From Selaginella moellendorffii (taxonomy: Eukaryota; Plantae; Lycopodiophyta), in the NCBI RefSeq assembly GCF_000143415.4, contig NW_003314328.1:585889-649888 (forward strand): a stretch of 64,000 nt of DNA, written 5' to 3'. The notes under the pieces were generated by a model that saw only the letters and a list, made by a program, of their open reading frames with translations, ran no database searches and had not been told where the DNA came from. The position numbers and the translations under genes were made by a program. Below, in pieces: positions 12,400 to 24,319 of the stretch (position 1 is the stretch's first letter; each line of letters starts with the position of its first letter).

Positions 12400-14036
12400 T
12401 TCCTAAGGACAGTGAGTTGCATATGCCAAGATTGAAAAGAGCCAGGTGGTACGTTCACCATCAGCAGCTGATCAAGTTTAGGAGGTAAGTAGCTCTCCTC
12501 AAGTGTGTTTGACAGGCTGTTTAGAACAAGAAAATATCATACTACACCTTACAGTTTCTCATTCCCTAGACATTCCTCAGATGCTGCTCATAGATTTCCA
12601 GAAGTTGTAACTTAACTACTATAAAACATGAAAGAAGTAGCAAAAAAGTACCATTCATGTTTTAAAGGTTTTTTTCCATTATTGGAAGATATCCAGAGGA
12701 AGTTAACACTTTAGAGCCTCACAAGCACCTCATAAATTTCCCTTAAAGATATGATGTGCAATTCAATGGTTCTTTAAGAATACCTGACAGTTTGAATCTG
12801 TCTTGAACATGTCTTCGTTAGGTCCATTGAAGCAAAGGGTAAACATAAATGCAGAGTTTTTATAAATAGCATTTCCTTCCAAAATACAGAAGTGACAGGG
12901 GTGAATTAGAATAGTGGAGGCATGAGAATACATAGGGTATCATCTTGTATGAGGTACAATTTAGTAGAATACTTTTTTCTTTCTTAATTACAGAAGTTTT
13001 GAAACTTTTACAGTGGCCTAAAGATGAAAGATTGTATGAAATTATATTTTCACTTTCTCGAGCACATCAGGATTTTGCTTTAGGAAACCATCAGCCATCG
13101 AGTTGTGACCAGCGTTTATGTACATGTTGAGCATGTCTATGATTTCAGCACTTCCAGAGACTCTCCTTTGTCATCCAGCTCATCCATGAGCAACAAAAGA
13201 ATGCTTGTTTCCTGTGGCTTTCTGGAAGCTCTTCGCTAGGTCTTGGATAAGCTTGATGACCTTTCACCTGGTCTGAGAATGGGAAAACATCACAAAACTA
13301 TGTAGGACAATGCATATGGCTTTTACCTTCAAGGCTTTGTTGTAGGCAGTGTTGGAGAAGTTGATGGGGAAAGCCTGAATGCCTTGGTTGACAGTACAAG
13401 GAGAAAATCTCATTCACATCAAGACTGGAGTCTTTCCTATATAAAATGTAGAGGACAGTTAGATATGTGAACTGTCATATCAGAAAAAACCAGTATCAAC
13501 GAGAAAAATAAGACAAAGAGGAAGTAAACATACCCTTCTCATCTCGGTAAGAAGAACAATCTTATGCTGCATAGGCCACCTTGCAAGGCATGCTATTATA
13601 GGGGCACATACTGCTTAAGAGCTTTGGGATTGTTCACAGTGACTCAATAAGCTTCTGGAGCTTCAAGTAGATCTCTTCAGTTAATCCCGCAAACAGATTT
13701 TGTCCAATGAGCACAACAGTGCTCTTTGGCCATCCTGTCTCAAAGCTGTCTTTGGAGAGCACGAATTTGCATGCCTCCGGTGTGGCAACCAGGATGGTGG
13801 GCTGCTAGAACAGAAATGCCTTGTAAAACCCACTTGATTATACCTGAAACCAAGAAGTGACCCATGAAAGAGTATGGTAATCCAGACTTGAAGGCTCTAA
13901 GAAAAGCAGCCATGTTGATAAAGACGGGCCATCCAAGTGGACCCGGTGGAAGTGGAGGCCGTCCTGGCTTGAGCACTGGCTCATAGTACCACTTGTTTAA
14001 AAATCTCAAGAATGTCGGCAAAGCAGTCACTGCCAT
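12400..14036 (-). pseudogene. Cytochrome P450 CYP88 family (ent-kaurenoic acid oxidase-like) pseudogene
   Basis: NKWYYEP..LPPGPLGWPVFINMAAFLRAFKSG, then YKAFLF*QPTILVATPEACKFVL..FETGWPKSTV, typical of CYP88. Stops and frameshifts; 3' exons decay progressively, so the left boundary is approximate. Confidence 0.8.
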
Positions 14037-17000
14037 GTTGCTTCCAGTGAACAACTTGGAGGAGGAAGAACCCCATAAAGGTACAGCATTGACACTCAAC
14101 TATGGCGTCTGATTAATTGAGTGGCCAGTCACGTTCATATCAGTGGCTCCAGTGACGATAACTCAAGAGCACCATTGCTGTATTGGCAGTGCACTCCTCG
14201 TTGAGAAATTTCAAGCAAATACTGGATATTTTGATCGGCTTCAAAACTGTTAAAAAGTAATAAAACACAAAATTTCAGGATTGTATCCCATCCAGGTCAC
14301 TGCAAGAATATGGCAACCATAAAAACCAAAATAAATAAATCCCAGCCTTTCTGCCACTCCTGGGAATAAGAAGGGGGACCTGCAATAGGAAAAACGGGCT
14401 GTAAAACACACAAGCACCTCCAAAAGCTCATTCATTGGAAATAAGAACAACTACTTTTTCTAGAATTTGACATATTCTACTTTACCATAAATTACCTGGA
14501 CACAGTGTCATGAGTTTAAGGTTGATTAAACCTGCAATCCTTATATGTGCTGAGATTACTTCATTTTCACATTTTCACATTTTCATGTTCCGATCCATCT
14601 TTTTTTCCTACACAAACATCAAACATCAGTAAGTGATCCACATCAATGAGAAAGAAAAGTGCCACAAAGATATCAGAGTCAATAACAATAAAAATAATAG
14701 TTGTATTGATTGTGAGCCATCAACTTAAATGCCACAGCAGTTTGTAAAAATAATCACAAGACTACATGTGTAGTTTACAATGGCACAAAAGGGAAGAGAC
14801 CTCTCTTACCTCACTCATTTGATCAAGAAAAACATGACTTGTCATCTTTCTCTCTGGAACATACACAAAGTGAGCAAATGAAAGGAGTTAAGAATGTAAA
14901 GGCACACATACCTGGTGAGCTCGATGACACAGCAAAAGTGTCCATGCCAACACCAATCCTAGAAGCCCCACCTCGATCAGGCTGCTTGCATTCTAGAATT
15001 GCTGCTGGATCATCACTGCCATCTTCACTTGGACTGGGACTCAGCTCGAAAGTAACGATGTTTGTCGAGATAAATGCTCCTTTCTTCATGAATGACAAAT
15101 ATCATTGGTGTTATTCAGACTAAGAAGGACCATCTCCATTATAAAGCCACACTAATAAAGAAAAGAGCATAAGTGAAAGCAATGGAAAACATGAGAGCAA
15201 TACCAAGCAAGAAAAGAACAAGAGAAGGAAGCAAGAATGGATGTTAGAGTTCTATACTTGAATTTTACCATTGGTGCTGCCAAGGTTTCACTGCCACCAA
15301 GGCCAACAAGCCCAATTTCTGTCTAGCTGCTTGCCTAAAGAGATCGCAGGATTTTGCAACTTCTACCACATTCTGTTCATCATTTGGTTTTACTGTTACT
15401 TTGAAAGATTGAATCAGCAACTCACCACAACTGAGAATAGTTTGAACCAGCTACATTCTGGCACATAAGAAAATTGGTATGCTATTCACATGGAATCACG
15501 TCAAGGAGTGAGCAACTAAAACTAAGCTTTTCACCAAGGCAAGAACAAATAAAAAATGAAATAAAATTACCAGTCCTCCCCCCTGGGTCATGTTTGCAAG
15601 TGAATCCAAGCGTTTCCTTGCTGGCCTGGCATACTCACAAGAAGAGGACAATAGAAGGCCAAGCAGATAAATGCTAATTGCTGACCCACTGCATTGGTCA
15701 GTGCTGGGTGCTTCCTGGCCTGAGTGGCATGACACAAGATCAGATCACCCGAAAGAACACAAAACCTGAGGAGTTACCTGCTAATTTCCAGAGCTTTCTC
15801 ATGGAACCCAAGGAGAGCCTCTTCCCGCAATAGTCCACTTTCTTTTTTATTGAAATGACCGAGGAAACAAAATAGTTAAATAGTAGTACATTGTACTGCC
15901 TGTTGTAGCCTTTGTGGCTTTGCTTGACTACAAAACAATGCTTACAAGGTCAGAATGACACAAGCAGATATTTCATAAAGATGTCAGTCTTTTGCCACTT
16001 CACTCTCAAACAATGAAATCAGATATATGAATCACCCAAGACAAAATGTGGATAATATTACCTAATTATAATCCTAATGAACCATAGTCATCTTTATAGA
16101 TATTTAATTTTTGAGTTGTTCTACTAATTTTTAACCTAAATCACTTTTCATGAGAAGTTCTAAGTATGCTTGGCTAAATAGACACTTAGGAATTCCTTCC
16201 TTATGCTCTTTCGGCCAAGTACAGATGCAAAGTCCAATTTACTAACACTTGAATAAGAGGGGTTAAGGATCTCATGAATCCTGCCGGAATCTTTATAAAC
16301 CAGTATTTTTAATATTTTAATATTTTATTTCTATAAAGTTTCTTTCTTCTTATTCTAAGTTTTTCTTTCTCAAATATTTTTTCTCTTCATCATTTAATTT
16401 TCATTGTAGTTATCTTATATATTATAAATTAAAAAATGTGTTACATACTCTTGATCTATTGGTCACTTATATTCTAGTTAGAAAGGTTTTACACATGTAT
16501 TAATATTTTTATTTTATAAAATATTTAATATAAATATTTAATAAAATAATTTTTCTATATTTACCAGCTGAGTTGTATTTTTCTCACAAATGTGGCATAT
16601 AATTTTACTCTATCTCAAAACCATAAACGTTTTTAGTAAAATACTTAATTTATTATTTGAACTAACAAGGTATTTTCCTTATGCTTAGGTATGGATTGAT
16701 ATAAAACACTATTGAAACAAAAGATAAAGCTCATGTAAAGCTTTAAGACAAACCTGTACTAATGCTTTATAATAAAATTATGCATTCATGTCTCATATAT
16801 GACATGGTATCTAATATGGTATAAGCTATTTCATACATATACATCTATCAAATCCATTTCTTAATAATATCTTAGTTATATGAAAATTTCAAAGAAAATA
16901 AAAAATTAGCTATTAGCTCAAAGAATAACATAAAATTATAAATTATAACATTACACTTTTAGTTGCAATGAGTTTGATAAAAATCATATTAAATTAAAAA

Positions 17001-18112
17001 TATTTATAATAACATATTCTACTATTATTGTGGCATTGTAAAGAAAGAAAAGATATTTAAGAGTACATTAAACAATTTTTATATATACTAAATCCATAAA
17101 AAAATTAAAACCAAATCAAATAGTCATGTTTGAAAAAAAAAATTAAAATTAAAAAATAATTATGATTTTAGGTGAATTATCAGTGAGAGTAAATTCAAAG
17201 AACAAAAAATAATGTTTTATTATCTTCTGCATAATATTAGTTAACTTTATTTAATATTTCTAATCAAATTTTTACAAGTGATATAAAAGTTTAATTTGAT
17301 CAGCTTTAAACTTACAATTTTATATTATGGATTACAACTATAAATTAAACTACCTGAATGAAATATTTTAATTTATAGATAAAAGTATTGATGGTTTTAA
17401 TGTTGCATGAAAGGAAAGGGTGTAGTTGATTAGATAAGTGTTGCTTCTTAGAAAGAAATGAAATAAATATTCAGTAACAAATAATGACTTTCTAATGCAC
17501 TTTATGCTCATCACATTCTAATCCTATAGCAACAGATGTTTCATATAAGTTCAAGTACCAATTTAGCATAGTTGCTAGCACTCTTTAAAGGTAAAGGAAT
17601 CCCTCCCTTTTGGAATAGCATTTAAAAAATAGAGTGCCACATGATAGCTCTAGCAATGAAACTCACAAATTTATAGACAATTCAAAAATATGGTATAGGA
17701 GATTTTATAGTATTGTGCTAGGTAAATAATATCATCAAGGGTAGTTGGGGCAAGTGTATGCACAAGTTTCATAAAATCTTGATGAAGTACTGAGCACAAC
17801 ATTCCCAACTTGATCTATTTAGAAATATTGGGTCTATATGTTAAGGAGAAAGTTCTAATTTACATGAGTGGTTGCACTCAAACCATTGTACCATTACAAT
17901 GCTGTCCCTTGAGACATATGAGAAACTTATATCAATGTTGGGCATCATTAATTATCATAAAATGATCAAACCCACTGTATGCATCATCCTCAAGATTCCC
18001 ATTGAAGAAATTTAGCAGGACGCGAAGATTGGCATCAAAGGCAAGAGAAGTTGCACTATACACTATAAATATTACCATCAACTAAGTTTCATTATTCAAT
18101 TGCAACCATATA

Positions 18113-18702
18113 TGTAGTACATGTGGTTTTCACCCTTTATCCTATGGTGATTTACTATAGGATAACCACGAAGAAAAACTTAAACTCTTCATATGCCACG
18201 TGTCACCTGCCATGTGCTATATGCCACATGTTCAAAGGACAGTGGTGTAGAACCCGAGTTTCAGAGTCTTGGGCCAATGAATGAAAGAACAGAGCTAAAC
18301 TCCTAAGCATGGAGCCAAGGAGCGAAGAGACAGGAACACGGAGTGACTCTTGAGCATACAGCCCAAGGAGCGAAGAGATAGGAGCACGGAGTGACTCTTG
18401 AGCATACAGCCCAAGGAGCAAAGGGACAGGAGCACGGAATGACTTTTGAGTATATAGCCCAAGGAGCGAAGGGACAGGAGCATGGAGTGACTTGGAACAA
18501 TCCTAGAGTATCCAACATCATAATGCTAGAACCAACATGTAAAACGAAGCTAAATGGAATTTGGCGTTATTTCAGTATATCGGTGGCCTAACCTGAGGAT
18601 ATAGGTACTCTACCAACTAGCATCATATGGAACTTTGGCTTCGACCCAAGCCGGATGCATAACAAAGACAGACCCCAGAGCCTCCCCGCCCCCCTCCCAC
18701 CC
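18113..18702 (-). mobile_element. Truncated LTR of family A
   Basis: Starts tgtagtacatgtggttttcaccctttatcctatggtg like 30551 and 36641; ends at a C-rich tract. Confidence 0.9.
18313..18497. repeat. 48-bp tandem repeat (about 4 copies) inside the LTR
   Basis: cccaaggag recurs at 18362, 18410 and 18458, with a variant near 18313. The other LTR copies have about 2 units. Confidence 0.9.
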
Positions 18703-19456
18703 AAACCAAAATTGCTCATCATCTCCACTAATGTGGGTGTATGGAATATAGAAGTGTATTCAATTAGCCCAAAAACCATGGCTTATATACAGGAGTGAGT
18801 GGTCTGGAATTTAATAGTTACTATGCTAATAATAGTAAACAACATCATAGCCATAAAACAGCAATAATCCTTTGTAAATATTTCTAAATCTTATAAATTT
18901 ATTAAGAAAAGAATAGAGCTTTATTTATCAATTAATCAAAGCACTTCTAAAAGATGTCAATCTCAACCTTTAATAAAATATCTTCAATCTTTTTATGTTA
19001 ATTTTTTTGAGACTGTTTGGAGGATAAAGATAAATAAGTAAACCCTAAATAAAAACTTTTTCTATGCTAATATTAATTTTATTTAAAGGCATTAAATCTG
19101 TGATTAACACAACAACTCCCAAAATTCATGAAGTTAAATGCTCTTGATGTAGCTTGGAAATGAGACACTCCATGCCATTAAAATCCCTCATTGCATTATC
19201 TTTCCATAATAGCTATGTTAATCATTGCAAACATATGCTCTAAAAGAAAAGCTTTTTATACAGCTGTAACCTAATGGCTAATCCAAAAGGAAACATATGG
19301 TTCTCAAAAGCATTTCTGATATCTTTTTTTTTAATTAATGAAAATAGGCTTAGTGTTTATTTAAACTACTCAAGTAGGGAGAGAATTCCACTTTTACACT
19401 GATTACTTTCTAGCTCAAGTATATATAAATTTCTTTCTGCCATTGTTAGAGAAAAA

Positions 19457-19482
19457 GTGTGTGTGTGTGTGTGTGTGTGTGT
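19457..19482. repeat. (GT)13 microsatellite
   Basis: Read directly. Confidence 0.95.
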
Positions 19483-19794
19483 ATGCTCAAGACAACCTTA
19501 GAAGTAAATAGTAAATTAAGACATTGATAGTTTTCTCAATTTCTTATTACAAAATGTTATTTCTAGGTTGGCCACAAAGTACCTTTTAATATATATAAGT
19601 CCAACATACATACACAACCAAAGTTGCACAACTAACCAACCAATAATAGAAACTTATTCTTTCCCATATGACTATTCTTTGCTGTAATATAATAGTTCAT
19701 ATTCACCATATAACTTGCTTTTAAAGAATGAATCCATTATTGTGTTTATAATTAATGTTTCATTTTTTATCCATAACAGTTTGTTGCTATGAAC

Positions 19795-20026
19795 NNNNNN
19801 NNNNNNNNNNNNNNNNNNNNNNNNNNNNNNNNNNNNNNNNNNNNNNNNNNNNNNNNNNNNNNNNNNNNNNNNNNNNNNNNNNNNNNNNNNNNNNNNNNNN
19901 NNNNNNNNNNNNNNNNNNNNNNNNNNNNNNNNNNNNNNNNNNNNNNNNNNNNNNNNNNNNNNNNNNNNNNNNNNNNNNNNNNNNNNNNNNNNNNNNNNNN
20001 NNNNNNNNNNNNNNNNNNNNNNNNNN
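19795..20026. other. Assembly gap (232 N)
   Basis: Run of n. Confidence 0.99.
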
Positions 20027-20813
20027 GTATATTCTTCCTCACATGGAATAGTATATACCTGGTATCTAATATCCATATCAATCATGATTAATGCACTAAT
20101 GGAGCCATACATGGATCATGATCCCATTCATCCAAGCCATTCTAGCTGTAAGATCCTGCCATGTGTTAGCTGCTGTGATTGGCTTTGCCTATTTGCTTGA
20201 AAGGGGGCTGGTGCCAGGTCTATGGGTATTATATCATGGCCAAGTGATCCTTTAGATAAGCTCTCATGAAAATCCTTTGCTCTATTTATCGCATTATGAT
20301 GGAAGTTGTATTTTAGTTCAAATGGATATAATCCAAGTTCAAAAGGTGGGCAAGATTTGAGTTCTAGTATAAAGTTCATTTCTCTTACACTCTATGTTAT
20401 TTCTATGTAAGACTTTTTCAGAACCAAACAAAGGGATGTTTAAGGTTCCTTCAAACCTTCTAAATCTCAATTTGACTAGTGGGGATAAGAAGATTTGTCT
20501 TGGCATTTGGAACAAGAAGGAAGAATACCCCATGCCCTTAGATCTAGACTTTTTTGAGCATTGTGAGCTAGGCAATCTCTATATTATAGATATGTAGAGA
20601 AAAAGAAGCCAAAAGATAACTTTGTAAAAGTAATAATTTTCTCTTATTAAAGTTCATATTAGTTCTCTAATCTATAAATTTCTAGTGTCCCATCTAGTGT
20701 GGCACAATGGAGGTGTTAGAACGCAGAGCATAGCTTAAAGCACTAAAAATATTCTAATTCCCAAAATATTCCCCTATCTTTGTATAAAGGCCTTGTGAGT
20801 GAGTGAGGGCAAG

Positions 20814-21459
20814 TGTAGCGCACTTTATTTTTCTCCCATTAAACTAACTGGAAAAAGGATAATTACTTGATAAAAGAGTTCTTAGTGGTTATTTTATCCC
20901 CCAAGATTCCAAAGATCTACAGTGACAGTATATTCAAATCTCATCCCATAATGTGGTATTGGAATAAATGGCACGAGTTCGATTCCCATTGATTAATGGC
21001 TATTTACAAATATAATATACCCTTGAGCAAGCTATATTCCTACCCCTAAATTTGAAATCATATATATTGGGCATCCATGCATACCTTTCTCTTGGTGGAG
21101 CATCAATGGACAAAAGCATCCACCATAGAACTGCAGTACGGGTGGATGACTAGTTGTTTCACATGGAATAGTTAGTTTACATAATGGAAGGATTAGTAGA
21201 TTCAGTGTGGAAATGGAAGTGTTAGTTCCTCTTAGCTTAGTAAAGGTTGTTAATTAATCTTCAATGAAAACATTAACATATTTGAAGGGGGAGTGAGTGT
21301 AATGCATGTGATCATGGGATGAGATTTGGATATAATGTCACCGTAGATCCTTAGAACTTTAGGGGATAAATAGGGATAAAATAGCCACTAAAGGCTCTCT
21401 CATCAAGCAATTCCCCCCTTTTCAATTGGCTTAAGGGGAGAAAAATAAGGTGCACTACA
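20814..21459. mobile_element. 646-bp insertion bounded by about 140-bp inverted repeats derived from a short LTR
   Basis: 20814-20952 is the reverse complement of 21311-21459; termini TGTAG...CTACA; flanks gcaag/gcaaa; PPT-like gaagggggagtgag (21284-21297) precedes tgtaatg at 21298. Confidence 0.75.
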
Positions 21460-22689
21460 GCAAAAAAGGCATTTAAGGCAATTGAAAAGAGCTTAAGTTT
21501 GTGATGGAGAGCGGCAAGTGATCACCATCAAGCCCCATGGTATCATAGCATTCATCTCTAGACTCTAGAGAACACAAAATGCTTAAGAGGCACTTCTAGA
21601 CATATTAAGAGGCTTTCATAGCTGTCTTTGAGAGTGTCAATAGTTGATGGAGACATCTCACTGTGCGAGATTTTATGCATAATTCCTAGCTTTGAATAGT
21701 GTCTTGAGGATTTTGTGAGGTCTATTGGAACCACAGCCTCTCTCCTGTAAAACATGCATATTATTGACACAACCTCCTCTTCAATTGCTTTTTGCACCTG
21801 TAGACTTTGGCATTGGTTCTTTTGTCATCAGTGCTCTCGTTGATTCCAAATCTAGGAGCAATGTGATCTCTTTAGATGCATCCGCAAGAGTAAGTCTCTA
21901 GAAGCATAACTCTAATCTTGAAGACATTTGAGAACCACACTATTATCCTTGCAGGCATTTGCCGCAGTGTTTGAGTTTATGTCAATGGGGTGGAATCTTT
22001 TTTGGACTTTGTGGTGGTGGACTACTAGAAGTTTAGCTCCAAACCTTTGAAGGACTCCCTAATCCTTGGACAAGTTTGGCATGATCAGGTTTTAGGCACC
22101 ACAAACTAGTCATTCGGCACAATGGAAATTAGTGATAGTCACCAGACTTCTTATCTTTACAATGCTCACGGACACTCTCTGTTGGGAAAGCTTCAAGGAC
22201 AGCCCTCAAGACTGTCTTAGAGCCAGTTGATATGCTCCGAGCCAGTATTCTCTTCCTCAACACGTTTTCCCCACTCACTGACGGTTGTCTTCCCCAAGTT
22301 GATTGAAGATCCATCACAGCCCGAGTTCAATGTGTTCCAATGCAACACAATCATTATAGAGGCTCCCAAGCACTTAGTTTGATCAAAGTGATGGCCAGCT
22401 TTAAGATTCACCAATCTTCTGAGTGGAGGCTGTTTCAATGATATCATTTTTTTAGAGTGTGGACCTTATGTGTAGGATCTCCCCTTAGTTGTAACTTGGT
22501 CTCAGAGCCTTTAGTAGGGGACTCTAGCAAAGTATATACATCCTATGGTGTCAAAAACCTTTGAAGAAGGAATGATGATTGTGAGCAAGAGCAGCCCAAC
22601 CTCTTTATTTGAGGATCAAGTGGTAAGTGACCACGTGGTTAGTCAGGCCTCTTTATTTGAGGACCAAACTACTCTTACTTTCACAGATT

Positions 22690-23050
22690 TCCAAGTATCA
22701 TCACTTGCAGTCTCTTTGTGCCATGCTGCCGACTTCCAGCTTTCTAACATGGACAAGCTTCATACTCATGACATGGAGATCCTTGCCCTTAATGAGAAGT
22801 GCAAGGCTTTAGCTGAGCAGCTTCTTGCTACAAAGAACAAGATTAAGGCAGCCATTGACTCCAAAGTTCCCAATTCAATCCTCTTTTCTCCTAGACAATT
22901 TGTTTTTCTCAAAGAATTCACTCCTTCTTCCAAGTTCTCTCCATAGTGGCTTGGCCCCTACTTTATCTAGTGCCAAGTGGAAGGTGGTTCCTACGTGCTC
23001 ACTGATGAAATTAGCCATGAGCTTCCACATACTCACAATTATTGCTACCT
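22690..23050 (+). mobile_element. Gypsy integrase C-terminal (GPY) remnant related to 3240-3540
   Basis: FVFLKEFTPSSKFSP*WLGPYFI..VEGGSYVL; nucleotide similarity to the reverse complement of 3250-3370. Confidence 0.65.
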
Positions 23051-24319
23051 TAAAGCATTCATGTGTTGACTTCTTTCTCTTTCTTTTTCTTTTTCCCCAT
23101 CTTCTTTCACCTCTTCTCTTCTATCTTCAAGCTTTACTACCTTGGACCATGGGTTCCAACTTCGATTTCAGCCACAAGGTTGCATGAACTCCTTTCATGT
23201 GTGAGCTTTTATAGTTTTTTAGTGAGTTCTCAACTATTTTTGGGATCCATCACCTTTACTTCATCCCACCATTCATCACCTTCATCACCGCAAAATCACA
23301 CTCCAAGATCACACATCACTCTCTACACATTGTTGCTTATTCTTCATGATTGATACCTGTATTAGGATCTTGCCAATTTCATCCACTTTCTATCCATGGT
23401 ACTCAACATGCATTTACATCACTCCACTATAGCTACAAATACCTTTTGATAGTAGTAAAAATTATCCAGGTCCAACATACCATTACAAGTTATAGCTGCG
23501 ACTTTACATCATTGTGACCTACTAGCATATTTGGAGTAGTTTTTCTTTGAGCCAAAATCATCTAACACATAAAGAGCACTCAAGCCACTTTCTTGAGCAA
23601 GTTGTTGGCTGCCAACACTTTTTCTCAAGCTCCAAGCATCCATGAATAAATGCCACCACTAAATAAACACCGTTTCCAGCACTTTGCACCATTTACAGTA
23701 GCTGCGACTTCTAGTTTCAGGCTGTTGCTATCAACTTTCCCTCTTCACTATCACAACCATTCATCCCCACACTCTTGGCCTCACTCATCCCTTCATACTT
23801 TCACCATCTTCACTCACCTTTGCATTTACCACCACTGGGCAATGCATCCATCACAACTACCTATCCCAAAACTTTTCAGGGCAACCTGAGAGTTTGTTAA
23901 AGGAACTTTGCACAAATTTAAGGGCCTTGTGGTTATGATTCAAGTTCAATTCTTACTATCCTTTTTTTTTTTTTTTGCACCTCTTTGTTTTTCTCTTTTG
24001 TTTCTTCTCTATCTTTTTTTATTTTAGGTTTTCCTTTTAGTCCCAAATTTTACACTACTTCCTTCACCTTTCACTTTTTCTCTTGTTTTCTCTTTGGTTT
24101 TCTTCTCTATTTCGCATTGTTCTCTTTTGGATATTTAGTGTAGCACTTCAATATAACTTCTACAACTTGGTCATAGATTCTTTTGAATATTTTGATTCCT
24201 AAAATATTCCTCTATCTAAGAGGGTATTTAGGGCAATTGAAAAGAGCTTGAGTTTGTGATAGAGGCTTTGAGAGCTAGAGTTAGAGACGTTCGAAGATAA
24301 CCTTCATCTTTCTATAGAG

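Larger units (their letters stand above)
17690..18860 (-). mobile_element. Heavily decayed copy of Gypsy family B (gag, tRNA-Ala PBS, 5' LTR), interrupted by a family A LTR
   Basis: 17700-18110 aligns with gag at 52190-52760 (aaccattgtacca..tgtccctt); catctccactaatgtg at 18720-18735 and aattagcccaaaaacc match 53036-53110. Confidence 0.8.

Noticed and set aside
14780-15830. Moderately GC-rich, exon-like scraps
   Set aside because: No family recognisable in any frame I read; needs BLASTX.
18313-18497. Regularly spaced repeats resembling a CRISPR array
   Set aside because: Units are contiguous with no unique spacers, lie inside an LTR, and the DNA is eukaryotic with no cas genes.
19672-20112. 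ORFs spanning the N run
   Set aside because: Artefacts of translating the gap.
20030-20600. Short overlapping ORFs after the gap
   Set aside because: No recognisable motif; possibly decayed coding sequence.
20975-20987. tRNA B-box-like gagttcgattccc
   Set aside because: No convincing A-box or cloverleaf; at most a SINE scrap.
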